From positions 32,001 to 96,000 of the forward strand of contig JBDHAC010000001.1 of assembly GCA_039588275.1 (NCBI GenBank): 64,000 bases of DNA. Direction: 5' to 3'. Below the pieces are notes generated by a model that had not been told where the DNA came from, made no database searches, and worked only from the letters and a program-made list of their open reading frames with translations. The translations under genes and the position numbers were made by a program. This document shows positions 20,288 to 29,053 of the stretch, one piece after another. This stretch comes from Gemmatimonadota bacterium (lineage in GTDB: Bacteria > Gemmatimonadota > Gemmatimonadetes > Palauibacterales > Palauibacteraceae). Position 1 is the stretch's first letter, and each line of letters begins with the position of its first letter.

Positions 20288-21184
20288 TCAGGTGCCGTAC
20301 TGCACCCTTCGCTCGAGGACGGCCCAACGCGCGTCGACCTCCGCCTGGATTCGCGAGATGTCCTCATCCGACAGGTGCCGGAAGCGCCCTTGGCGGCGGA
20401 TGTAGGGCTCGACGGGCTCGCCCGGGTGGTCCACCGTGAACCGCCAGCGGCTCCCGTCCTCGACCTCCATGAGCGGGAAGATCCGGGCGCGCACCGCGTG
20501 GCGTGCCAGGTCGATGGTCTCATCGCTCTCGGTCTTCCAGCCCGGGGGACAGGGCGCGAGGATGTGTATGAACCGTGTGCCCCGGATCTCCTTCGCCTTC
20601 TTCATCTTCTCCATCAAGTCCACCGGATGCGCCACCGACGTAGTGGCGGCGTACGGAATCCGGTGCGCGGCCATGATCGAGAGGATGTCCTTCTTCGGCT
20701 GCGACTTCGGGTGCTCGCGCGGCGAGGTCGTGGTCCAGGCGCCCCAGGGCGTGCCCGAGGAGCGCTGGACACCGGTGTTCATGTACGCTTCGTTGTCGTA
20801 GCAGCAGTGAATGATGTCTTCGTTCCGCTCCGCGGCCCCCGAGAGAGCCTGAATCCCGATATCCAGCGTGCCGCCGTCCCCGGCCCAGGCCATGACCGTG
20901 GTGTGGCGGTTGCCCCGCATCTCGAGCGCGGCCTTGACGCCGGAGGCCGTCGCCGCGGCGGTCTCGAACGCCGTGTGGTACAGCGGGACCTTGAGCGAGC
21001 TCTGAGGCCACGGACCGGCGATGATGCTCCAGCAGCACGCCGGGAGGATGACCATGGTGTCATCTCCCAGCGCCTTGAGCGCCAGCTTCATGGCGATGGG
21101 GGCTGCACACCCGGCGCAGGCGAGATGCCCAGAGGCCAGATGCTCTTCCTGCGGGATCGAGTCCTTGATCATGACCTGGCTCAT
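20288..21184 (-). CDS. porB: 2-oxoacid:acceptor oxidoreductase beta subunit (TPP-binding)
   Basis: GHLACAGC, AGDGGT.DIG, DNEAYMNTG.QRS and PCPPGW motifs. Confidence 0.88.
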   Translation of the reverse strand: MSQVMIKDSIPQEEHLASGHLACAGCAAPIAMKLALKALGDDTMVILPACCWSIIAGPWPQSSLKVPLYHTAFETAAATASGVKAALEMRGNRHTTVMAWAGDGGTLDIGIQALSGAAERNEDIIHCCYDNEAYMNTGVQRSSGTPWGAWTTTSPREHPKSQPKKDILSIMAAHRIPYAATTSVAHPVDLMEKMKKAKEIRGTRFIHILAPCPPGWKTESDETIDLARHAVRARIFPLMEVEDGSRWRFTVDHPGEPVEPYIRRQGRFRHLSDEDISRIQAEVDARWAVLERRVQYGT

Positions 21185-22341
21185 GGCGCGACTCCTACCC
21201 ACAGGTCCTGCCGCTCGGGCCGCTCGGCCGCCCTCGTGCCGTCGATAATCTCTTCGATCACCGGGGGCGTGACGTCTCGTCCACCGAGTCCGACCACGTA
21301 GCCAAACAGGGTGGGCCGGTCGTCGGGCGGGACGTCGTACAGCGCCGAGCGAATCTCCTCGGCGAAGATGCCGCCGTGCCCGGGCGAGACGTTGCGGTCG
21401 AGAACGGCCACCCGCGGTACACCCGCCAGCACGGCCCTGAGGCGCTCGGTGGGGAGCGGCCTGAACATCTTCGCCTTCACCAGCCCGACCGTCTCGCCGG
21501 CGGCGCGCCGCGCGTCGATGACTTCGCGCGCGGTGGAGGTGATCGTGCTCGAGGTGACGAGGATCAAGTCGGCTCCCTCGGTCCTGTATTCCTCGAGGGC
21601 CGTGTATCTCCGTCCGGTGAGCTGTTCCCACTCGGCCTCGATGTCGGCCAGCACCCCCTGCGCACGCTCCATCGCCTCCTGCTGCTGGAGCCGCATCTCC
21701 ATGTACGCGTCCGGCTTGACCAACGCCCCGAACGCGTGCGGGTCCTCGCCGTCCAGCTTGTAGCGGGCTTCTCGGCGTGGCAGAAAACCGTCAACGAGCT
21801 CCTGGTCCGGGATGTCGACCGGCGCCGCCGTGTGCGACAGGAAGAACGCATCCAGCACCACCATCACCGGCAGGTCCACCGTCTCGGCGAGCTTGAAGCC
21901 CATGATGGTCGTGTCGAGCACCTCCTGGTTGGTCTCGCAGTAGAACTGGATCCAGCCCGTGTCTCGTTGCGAGAGGCTGTCGTTCTGATCGGTCCAGATG
22001 TTCCACCCCGGCCCCATGGCCCTATTCACGTCGGCCAACACAACCGGATGCCGGCCGAGGGCGGCCCAGTGCAGGAGCTCGTGCATGAGCGCCAACCCCT
22101 GCGACGACGTCGCCGTGAACGTTCGCGCACCGGCCGCGGAGGCGCCGATGCAGGCGGCCATCGCCGAGTGTTCCGATTCGACGTGGATGTAACGGGCATC
22201 GAGGCTGCCGTCGGCGCACATTTCCGACAGCCGCTCGACGATCTGCGTCTGCGGCGTGATCGGATACGCCGAGATGACCTCGGCTCGAGCCAGCTTCACG
22301 CCCCAGGAAACGGCGTGGTTCCCTTCGATGACCTTCTTCAC
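21181..22341 (-). CDS. porA: 2-oxoacid:acceptor oxidoreductase alpha subunit
   Basis: GNHAV, AYPITPQT, ESEHSA, TATSSQGL, GLGGRD motifs. Confidence 0.9.
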   Translation of the reverse strand: MKKVIEGNHAVSWGVKLARAEVISAYPITPQTQIVERLSEMCADGSLDARYIHVESEHSAMAACIGASAAGARTFTATSSQGLALMHELLHWAALGRHPVVLADVNRAMGPGWNIWTDQNDSLSQRDTGWIQFYCETNQEVLDTTIMGFKLAETVDLPVMVVLDAFFLSHTAAPVDIPDQELVDGFLPRREARYKLDGEDPHAFGALVKPDAYMEMRLQQQEAMERAQGVLADIEAEWEQLTGRRYTALEEYRTEGADLILVTSSTITSTAREVIDARRAAGETVGLVKAKMFRPLPTERLRAVLAGVPRVAVLDRNVSPGHGGIFAEEIRSALYDVPPDDRPTLFGYVVGLGGRDVTPPVIEEIIDGTRAAERPERQDLWVGVAP

Positions 22342-22366
22342 AGGTCCTCCGTCACGACCCGTTCGG

Positions 22367-24124
22367 TCACAGGCCCTCCCGAGTCATCACCATCGCGCCA
22401 CGTGGGCACTCGGCCGCGCACACCCCGCACCCTTTGCAATAATCCATGTCGATGACGAAGCCCCACCCGTCCTCGCTTCGCGAGACGGCCATGTCCGGGC
22501 AGAAGATCAAGCAGAGCTCGCACTGGTTGCAGACGCCGCAGTTCATGCAGCGGAGGGCCTCCTCCCCCGCTTCGTCGCGGGTCAGGCCCTGGTTGACCTC
22601 GTCGAAGCCGGCCAGAGTCTGGACGTCACCCAGGTGATGGTCGGGGTGGCGATCGGCGTGCTGGAAGTGGTCGGGATTCATGTCCTCGAACTCGACCACC
22701 CGGTTCACGGGCGAGGTGCGGCGCAGCGGATCGTCGTCGCGCCACCGTGTCATGCTGATGTTGCCCTCGGGCCCGAAGCAGTAACGCTCCGGATCGACCG
22801 CCGGGACCGGATCGCCGGCCGTGCTGCGCAAGAACCGGTCGATCCCGAGGGCTGCCCGCTTCCCGTCGCCCAGCGCGTGCGCCACGGTGCGCTCGGAGTC
22901 CGTCACGTCGCCCCCCGCAAACACGACGGGCGTGTTGGTCGCCCCGAGCTCGTCGACCACGATCTGCCATCGATCCTGGTGCACATCGGGGGGCAGGAAG
23001 CCCAGATCCGTGATCTCGCCGATCGCCGTCAGGATCGTGTCCGCGATGACGGTGAACTGGCCCTCCTCCGTGGGGACCGGTCGACGCCGGCCCGAATCGT
23101 CGGGCTCACCCAGGACCATCCGAATGCACTCGACCCCGCGCAGGCGGCCATTCCCCTCCGCGACCGCGTTCGGCGCCGCCAGAAACTCGAAGTCGATGCC
23201 CTCTCGCTCCGCCTCGAGGATCTCCTCGTCGATCGCGGGCATCTCAGCACGCGTGCGGCGATATAAAACCAGAACCTCGGCCCCCAGCCTGCGCGCCGTC
23301 CGGGCGCAGTCGATCGCCGTGTTCCCGCCCCCTACCACCACCACCCGGCCTCCGACGTCCGGCCGGCCCCCGGCGTTGACCTGCTTCAGGAAATGCAGAC
23401 CCGAGCGGACGCCATCCGAGTCCTCGCCTTCCATTCCCGTCGATCGGCCCTGGTGGGCCCCGGAGGCCACGAAGACCGCGTCGTACCGCGCCAGCTCCCC
23501 CCACGGCACGTCGGGGCCGACCCGCACCCCGCACCGGATCTCGACACCTTCGGCTCGAATCCGCTCGATCTGGGCGTCGAGGATGTCTCGCGGGAGACGG
23601 TATTCGGGGATTCCGAGCCGGAGCATGCCACCCGCTTCAGAGGCGGCCTCGTACACGGTCGCCCGGTATCCCAGCCGTGCCAGGTGATAGCCGCACGCCA
23701 GCCCGGCCGGCCCCGAGCCGACGATCCCGATGCTCTCCGGTCGCAGCGCCGTGACGGGCGTCGGCATGTCCCGTTCGAGGATTCGATCGCCGAGCATCCG
23801 CTCGACCGCGTGGATCGACACCGGCTCGTCGAAGAAACGCCGATTGCAGTGGGTCTCGCACGGGTGGTCGCACACGCGGCCGGTGACGGCTGGCATGGGA
23901 TTCTCGCGCAGCAAGAGATCCATAGCCTCGTCGTCACGACCCTCCCGCAGGAGGTTCATGTACCCCTCGATGTCGATGCCCACCGGGCAGCCGGCGTTGC
24001 ACGGCGCTACGCGGTCTTGATAGACGGGTCGGATGTACTTCCAGGAGCCGGTCCGATTGACGCGGGTGGTCGTGTTGCTGATCGCCACCGGCGGGATGCC
24101 GCCGTGCCTCCCCGCCTCAGCCAT
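22367..24124 (-). CDS. GltD/SudA-like FAD/NAD(P)H Fe-S oxidoreductase fused with PorD-like delta elements
   Basis: N-terminal TGSWKYIRP; Fe-S motifs PCNAGCP and VCDHPCETHCNR; GSGPAG; GGGNTA; YRR; C-terminal 2x[4Fe-4S] CNQCELCLIFCP and CKGCGVCAAECP. Confidence 0.85.
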   Translation of the reverse strand: MAEAGRHGGIPPVAISNTTTRVNRTGSWKYIRPVYQDRVAPCNAGCPVGIDIEGYMNLLREGRDDEAMDLLLRENPMPAVTGRVCDHPCETHCNRRFFDEPVSIHAVERMLGDRILERDMPTPVTALRPESIGIVGSGPAGLACGYHLARLGYRATVYEAASEAGGMLRLGIPEYRLPRDILDAQIERIRAEGVEIRCGVRVGPDVPWGELARYDAVFVASGAHQGRSTGMEGEDSDGVRSGLHFLKQVNAGGRPDVGGRVVVVGGGNTAIDCARTARRLGAEVLVLYRRTRAEMPAIDEEILEAEREGIDFEFLAAPNAVAEGNGRLRGVECIRMVLGEPDDSGRRRPVPTEEGQFTVIADTILTAIGEITDLGFLPPDVHQDRWQIVVDELGATNTPVVFAGGDVTDSERTVAHALGDGKRAALGIDRFLRSTAGDPVPAVDPERYCFGPEGNISMTRWRDDDPLRRTSPVNRVVEFEDMNPDHFQHADRHPDHHLGDVQTLAGFDEVNQGLTRDEAGEEALRCMNCGVCNQCELCLIFCPDMAVSRSEDGWGFVIDMDYCKGCGVCAAECPRGAMVMTREGL

Positions 24125-24695
24125 GCACCACCTCACGCTCGCTCGCGAACTGGACCCCCGCCGCGGCCTCGCGCGCGGCCTGGACGTTCTCGTCGATGTG
24201 GGTCGGCACCGCTTCGCGGATCGCGTCGCAGACCGTCTCCAGGCTCGCCAGCCCGAACGCCGTCGCGAACGCGCCGAGGATCGCCGTGTTGACGATCGGT
24301 TGGGTTCGCGAGCCGAGCCCGTGTCGGGTCGCGATCGCGCTCGCGTCCACCGTCACCACGCGGAAGCGGTCGAGCAGCTCCGTGTACGCCTCGGGCCCCT
24401 GGTCGGAGTTGATGAGGATCATCCCGCCAGGCCTCAGACCGGCGGTCACGTCCACGGCACCGATCAGCGTGGGATCGAGGACGATCAGATCATCGGGCTC
24501 AGTGACCTCGCAGCGTAGCCGAACGGGCTGGTCGTCGAACCGGACGAAGGCGGTGACGGGCGCACCGCGCCGCTCCACCCCGAAGGCGGGAAAAGACTGG
24601 ACGCAGTGGCCCTCACGAAACAGGGCTTCGGCCAGGAGCTTGGAGGCGATGACCGCCCCCTGACCTCCTCGCCCGTGAACGCGCAGCTCCTGCAT
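24117..24695 (-). CDS. porC: 2-oxoacid:acceptor oxidoreductase gamma subunit
   Basis: ELRVHGRGGQG, FPAFGVERRGAPV, NTAILGA motifs. Confidence 0.9.
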   Translation of the reverse strand: MQELRVHGRGGQGAVIASKLLAEALFREGHCVQSFPAFGVERRGAPVTAFVRFDDQPVRLRCEVTEPDDLIVLDPTLIGAVDVTAGLRPGGMILINSDQGPEAYTELLDRFRVVTVDASAIATRHGLGSRTQPIVNTAILGAFATAFGLASLETVCDAIREAVPTHIDENVQAAREAAAGVQFASEREVVHG

Positions 24696-24777
24696 GACTG
24701 GCTCCCCGACAGGTCCCCGAGGAGGTATTCCAGCGGCACGGCCGCCGGGAGCTCCCACCGCGGACACACGAGCAGAC

Positions 24778-24820
24778 TGGGCACAGGATCTGCACTTCCG
24801 AGGATCAAGAAGGGTGCCAG
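24778..24820. promoter_or_regulatory. Two opposed sigma54-like motifs between the por operon and the small Cys-rich ORF
   Basis: Plus strand TGGGCACAGGATCTGCA (GG-N10-GC); minus strand CTGGCACCCTTCTTGAT (TTGA variant at -12). Confidence 0.35.
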
Positions 24821-24874
24821 TTTCCCGCCCCGAGCGGGGGCTGACCCGGGTTCAACTCCAGCGACTGGACCCCC

Positions 24875-25078
24875 ATGGATGCTCCACGCGTGGACCAGCC
24901 AGATCGCGCGTCGACACCGAAAGGATGGCAGGACAAGTGGCCCCCCTGCGCGGAAGCCCAAGCTGACGGGGTTCCCTGCGAGGAAGTAGACGGGGACTGC
25001 GAGGATTGCGACAAGGCATACCCCGAGATCGCCGAACCGGGAGGGGCCTCGGAGCCCGATCCTCAGCCGGGACGCTAG
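24875..25078 (+). CDS. Small acidic Cys-rich hypothetical protein (67 aa)
   Basis: Fills an intergenic gap; C-x9-C-x6-C-x2-C motif. Confidence 0.5.
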   Translation: MDAPRVDQPDRASTPKGWQDKWPPCAEAQADGVPCEEVDGDCEDCDKAYPEIAEPGGASEPDPQPGR

Positions 25079-25214
25079 CGCTCCCGGGTCATCCTCGTCG
25101 GCCGCCATCCCGCCCCAACGGGGCGAAAGCGGGCCACGAATGCCGGGTCAGTGTGTCACCCTATGGGGCAAGAAGTCCCGCTCCCACACGTTCCACGTCA
25201 AGAGGTCCCACACC

Positions 25215-25697
25215 ATGAAACCTCTGAAGCAGGCGGCCGAGGATTTCCTTTCCATCGACCGCATCGCCGTGGCCGGAGTGTCGCGCTCCTCGGCCCAGGC
25301 CGCGAACGGCATCTACCGGAAGCTCCGTGCGGAAGGCTATCACGTTTGTCCCATCAACCCGAACGCGGACGAGGTCGAGGGAGATCGGTGCTACCCGGAT
25401 CTGGCCTCGGTGCCGGAGACGGTAGACGGGGTGATCATCGCGACCCACCCTACCGTCACCCCCGAGCTCGTCCACGAATGCGTCCACCTGGGGATCCGGC
25501 ACGTCTGGATGCACCGCTCGTTCGGTGACGGCAGCGTCTCCGAGGAGGGAATCCGGCTCTGCGAGGAGCACGGAATCGAGCTGATCGCGGGCGCTTGCCC
25601 CCTGATGTTCTGCCGGGGCGCGGATGTGGGACACCGGTGCATACGATGGGTGCTCGGAGTCACGGGCAAGCTGCCGACCCCGGAGCGGGGCAGCTAG
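25215..25697 (+). CDS. CoA-binding domain protein (YccU-like)
   Basis: IAVAGVSR, PINP, CYPDLASVP, VWMH, GACP motifs. Confidence 0.85.
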   Translation: MKPLKQAAEDFLSIDRIAVAGVSRSSAQAANGIYRKLRAEGYHVCPINPNADEVEGDRCYPDLASVPETVDGVIIATHPTVTPELVHECVHLGIRHVWMHRSFGDGSVSEEGIRLCEEHGIELIAGACPLMFCRGADVGHRCIRWVLGVTGKLPTPERGS

Positions 25698-25740
25698 CCA
25701 CCGGCAAGCTGCCGATCCCGGAGCGGGGCGGCTAGCCACG
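25665..25740 (+). repeat. 38-bp tandem duplication covering the stop codon of the CoA-binding gene
   Basis: ggcaagctgccgaccccggagcggggcagctagccacc followed by ggcaagctgccgatcccggagcggggcggctagccacg. Confidence 0.85.
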
Positions 25741-25767
25741 AGCGTCACCAGTAGAGAGGGGCGAAAG

Positions 25768-26472
25768 ATAGGTTTCTGGGAGGATCCCGATCAGGTCGCG
25801 CGGTTCGCCGATCGCGAGCCGGATCGGAGACTCGTCGAGCTCCTGAACAGCCACTCGGACCCCGCCCGCGTACGCGTCCTCGACATCGGGTGTGCGGCGG
25901 GTCGCAACACGCTTCTCCTGGCCGCCGCCGGATTCGACCTTCACGCGGTCGATTCGTCGCGCGCGATGATCGAGCGAACCCGGGCGCGCGTCGCGGAGCT
26001 GCTCGGTCGCGACGAGGCGCAGCGGCGAATCCGTGTCGCACCGATGGACGACCTGGACTTCGAGAGCGGGTACTTCGACCTGGTCGTCGCGCTGGGCGTG
26101 TATCACAACGCCCGCTCTCCCGAGGAGTGGAACCGGGCGCTGTCCGAAACATCTCGCGTGCTCAAGCCGGGTGGGCGGCTCCTGGTGGCCAATTTCGCGA
26201 AACGCATCCGCCCCGAGGGAGCCCAGCTAGCCGAGGTGCCCGGTATGCCACACGTGTACGAGGGGTTACCCTCAGGTCGCGTGTACCTCCTCGATGCGGT
26301 GGGATTGGACGCGGCGATGGCCGGCCATGGGCTGGAGCCGGAGAGTCCCACCCGGACGGTGCAGGTCGTGAAGAACGGGGGGGTGCGCGTGACGATCAAC
26401 GGGCTCTACCGAAAGAGCGCCCGGAGCAGCGCTCCACGCGCGCCGGCGAACGTGGAACCACAGGACGGATAG
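25768..26472 (+). CDS. Class I SAM-dependent methyltransferase
   Basis: VLDIGCAAGRN, FDLVV, RVLKPGG motifs; start uncertain (in-frame ATA at 25768 after GAGGGG). Confidence 0.82.
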   Translation: MGFWEDPDQVARFADREPDRRLVELLNSHSDPARVRVLDIGCAAGRNTLLLAAAGFDLHAVDSSRAMIERTRARVAELLGRDEAQRRIRVAPMDDLDFESGYFDLVVALGVYHNARSPEEWNRALSETSRVLKPGGRLLVANFAKRIRPEGAQLAEVPGMPHVYEGLPSGRVYLLDAVGLDAAMAGHGLEPESPTRTVQVVKNGGVRVTINGLYRKSARSSAPRAPANVEPQDG

Positions 26473-27515
26473 TGACGACGAGCCACACGACACGTGCCAT
26501 CCTCATCGATCGCCTCGGACCGCCCGAGATCCTGGCCGAACGCGAGGTTCCACTATCCGATCCCGGGCCCGGCGAGGTTCACCTCCGGGTCGAAGCGACG
26601 GGCGTCAACTTCGCCGATCTGATGATGCGGACCGGGCTTTACGGCACGGTTCCCCCGCGCCCCTTCAGCCCCGGGTTCGAGGTCGCGGGCGTCGTGGCGC
26701 GGACCGGCCCGGCCGTGGAGGCGTGGGGCGAAGGCGACCGCGCGGTCGCGCTGCTGCGCTATGGGGGTTACGCCCGAGACGTCGTGGTCCCCGAGCGACA
26801 GCTGTTCCCATACCCGGACGCCCTCACCCCGGTCGAGGCGGCCGCCGTGCCCGTCAACTTCCTCACCGCGTGGGTGTGTCTGTTCGAGACGGGGCACGCC
26901 CGCCGCGGCGACACAGCGCTCGTCCTCGGGGCCGGGGGCGGGGTCGGCACCGCGGCCGTGCAGCTGGGGACGCGACGCGGGCTCGGGGTGATCGGGACAG
27001 CGGGGCACCCGCGCAAGCGAGCGTTCGTCACGGAGGAGCTGGGTGCCGAGGCGTGCTTCGATTCGCTCGGGGACTGGGAGAAAGATGTGCGGGCGGCGGT
27101 GGGCGAGCGGGGCATCGACATCGCCCTCGACCCGGTGGGTGGCCCGGCGACCGCCGCCTGCCGCCGCCTGCTCGCGCCGCTCGGGAGGCTCGTGTTCTAT
27201 GGGCTCAGCAACGCCCTGCCGCGACGCAAGAGAAGCTGGCCGCGGGCCCTGAGGGCCTTCCTCGGTACGCGGCGCTTTCACCCGGCCTCGCTGGCCGAGC
27301 CCAACGTGGGCGTGTTCGGCGTTCACCTCCTCCACCTGGGGCGAAAGGAGGAACTGCTCGGTCCGGCGCTGGAGGAGATCTTTCGGGGCATCACTGCGGG
27401 CGAATGGCGACCGATCGTCGACCGCGTGTTCCCGCTGGATCAGGCGGGCGCCGCCGAGGCCCACTCTCACATCCACGCCCGCGGCAACCTGGGGAAGGTC
27501 CTGCTGGCGCCCTAA
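26472..27515 (+). CDS. MDR family NADPH:quinone oxidoreductase (VAT-1-like)
   Basis: GVNFADLM.R.GLY, PGFEVAG, GAGGGVG, GKVLL; GTG overlaps the upstream stop. Confidence 0.88.
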   Translation: MTTSHTTRAILIDRLGPPEILAEREVPLSDPGPGEVHLRVEATGVNFADLMMRTGLYGTVPPRPFSPGFEVAGVVARTGPAVEAWGEGDRAVALLRYGGYARDVVVPERQLFPYPDALTPVEAAAVPVNFLTAWVCLFETGHARRGDTALVLGAGGGVGTAAVQLGTRRGLGVIGTAGHPRKRAFVTEELGAEACFDSLGDWEKDVRAAVGERGIDIALDPVGGPATAACRRLLAPLGRLVFYGLSNALPRRKRSWPRALRAFLGTRRFHPASLAEPNVGVFGVHLLHLGRKEELLGPALEEIFRGITAGEWRPIVDRVFPLDQAGAAEAHSHIHARGNLGKVLLAP

Positions 27516-27657
27516 CCCACCGTGTCGAGAGGTCGATTCGGCCTTGGCCGGGGCTTGTGCACGCCGCGCTCGATGTCGGCGCGCGCGAAGATGCCCGCCA
27601 CAGGCCCACCCGGTGGTGCGAGGTGTTCGGGCATGGGTGATAATGTGGCCCGGCCCA

Positions 27658-27778
27658 TCTTCCGACGAGGACGCCGGGTCTTCCGACGATGTCGCCGGGT
27701 CTTCCGACGATGTCGCCGGGTCTTCCGACGATGTCGCCGGGTCTTCCGACGATGTCGCCGGGTCTTCCGACGATGTCG
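27658..27778 (+). repeat. 21-bp tandem repeat, about 5.8 copies
   Basis: Unit TCTTCCGACGATGTCGCCGGG, no spacers; first copy divergent, last partial. Confidence 0.95.
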
Positions 27779-29047
27779 AAGATCGTCCGGCCGGATCGAA
27801 ACGGAGCGCATTCACTGAGCACCGGAGGAGTGACGCCCCGACCGGACAGCATCGAACCGGATGACCCGCGCCGACGGCGTATGGTAAGCGGCGTCGCCGT
27901 CGCCGCCGTCATCGCGGTGAGCCACGGTGCGATCGACGCGTACGCGGCCTTCCTGCACCCGCTGCTCCCCAGGATCATGGACAAGCTGGGGCTGTCGATC
28001 ACGCTGGCGGCCGCGCTCTCGATGAGCCTGTTCATCGCCGTCTCGGTGCTGCAGCCGCCGCTGGGCTACCTGGCCGACCGGTACGGCCGCCGTCCATACA
28101 CCGCCGCGGGTCCGATCCTGGCCGGCGTCTTCTTCTCCTTGATCGGGCTCGCCCCGACGTTCGTCGTGTTGGTCGTGTTCCTCGTGCTCGGTGGGCTCGG
28201 AGCCTCGACCTTCCACCCACCCGCCGCCTCGCTCGCTGCGCGCGCAGGCGAGGGGCGCGGGAGCGGCATGCGCTTCTCGGTCTTTTCGTTCGGGGGCGCG
28301 ATCGGGTTCGCGATCGGTCCGCTGGCAGCGGTGTGGCTGGTGGCCCGGTTCGGCTTCGAGGGGTTGTGGGTGGCGATGGTGCCGGGCGTCCTTCTGGGCC
28401 TCGTGTTGTGGCGCATGCTCCCGGACGATCGAGAGACACGGGCAGGGCCACCCCCTCCGCACCCCCTCCAGGTCCTCCGTGCATTGAAGGGTCCGCTCGG
28501 ACTCCTGTTCGGGATCAGCGCCGCCGGAGCGTTCGTGCAGCGCGTGTTTCTCACATTGACACCGATCATCGGCGCCCAGGCCGGGCGGACGGAGGCGACC
28601 GGAGCGGTCGTCTTGAGCCTGTACCTGGGCGCTCAGGCGCTGGGGACGCTTGCCGGGGGCGCGCTCGCAGACCGCGTGGATCGCCGCCACATCCTCCTGG
28701 CGGCTACGTCGATCGGCGTGCCGCTGCACATCCTGGCCGTAATCGCTCCACCCGCGGGCCCGCTCGCGATCGCCGCGGCGTTGTGCGCCGGATTCCTGAA
28801 CATGGGCATGCTTCCGGCGGTGGTCGTCATGGCGCAGGAGATCATGCCCGAGGGGACGGCGGTGAGCTCGGGAATCGTGATGGGTCTCGCCTGGGTCCCC
28901 GGCTCGCTCGGCGTACTGGGCGCCGGAGCCCTGGCCGATCAGATCGGTCCCGTCGGTGCCGCCGCGTGGTCGATGCCGATCCTGCTGGTCGGAACGCTCC
29001 TGGCGCTACACCCCGCGCTCAAAGCCTTCAGTCGCGCGGCACACTAG
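27689..29047 (+). CDS. MFS transporter (Fsr-like)
   Basis: H...D.Y, QP..GYLADRYGRR, FHPPAA, G.AIGP motifs; true start ambiguous (27689-27881) because the repeat supplies several in-frame ATGs. Confidence 0.87.
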   Translation: MSPGLPTMSPGLPTMSPGLPTMSPGLPTMSKIVRPDRNGAHSLSTGGVTPRPDSIEPDDPRRRRMVSGVAVAAVIAVSHGAIDAYAAFLHPLLPRIMDKLGLSITLAAALSMSLFIAVSVLQPPLGYLADRYGRRPYTAAGPILAGVFFSLIGLAPTFVVLVVFLVLGGLGASTFHPPAASLAARAGEGRGSGMRFSVFSFGGAIGFAIGPLAAVWLVARFGFEGLWVAMVPGVLLGLVLWRMLPDDRETRAGPPPPHPLQVLRALKGPLGLLFGISAAGAFVQRVFLTLTPIIGAQAGRTEATGAVVLSLYLGAQALGTLAGGALADRVDRRHILLAATSIGVPLHILAVIAPPAGPLAIAAALCAGFLNMGMLPAVVVMAQEIMPEGTAVSSGIVMGLAWVPGSLGVLGAGALADQIGPVGAAAWSMPILLVGTLLALHPALKAFSRAAH

Positions 29048-29053
29048 GTCGTC

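Noticed and set aside
24835..24865. tRNA T-arm-like GGTTCAACTCC or FNR-like box
   Set aside because: No cloverleaf can be built, and the spacing does not fit TTGAT-N4-ATCAA
27658..27778. CRISPR array
   Set aside because: Units are head-to-tail with no unique spacers, and there are no cas genes; the same applies to 60519-60590
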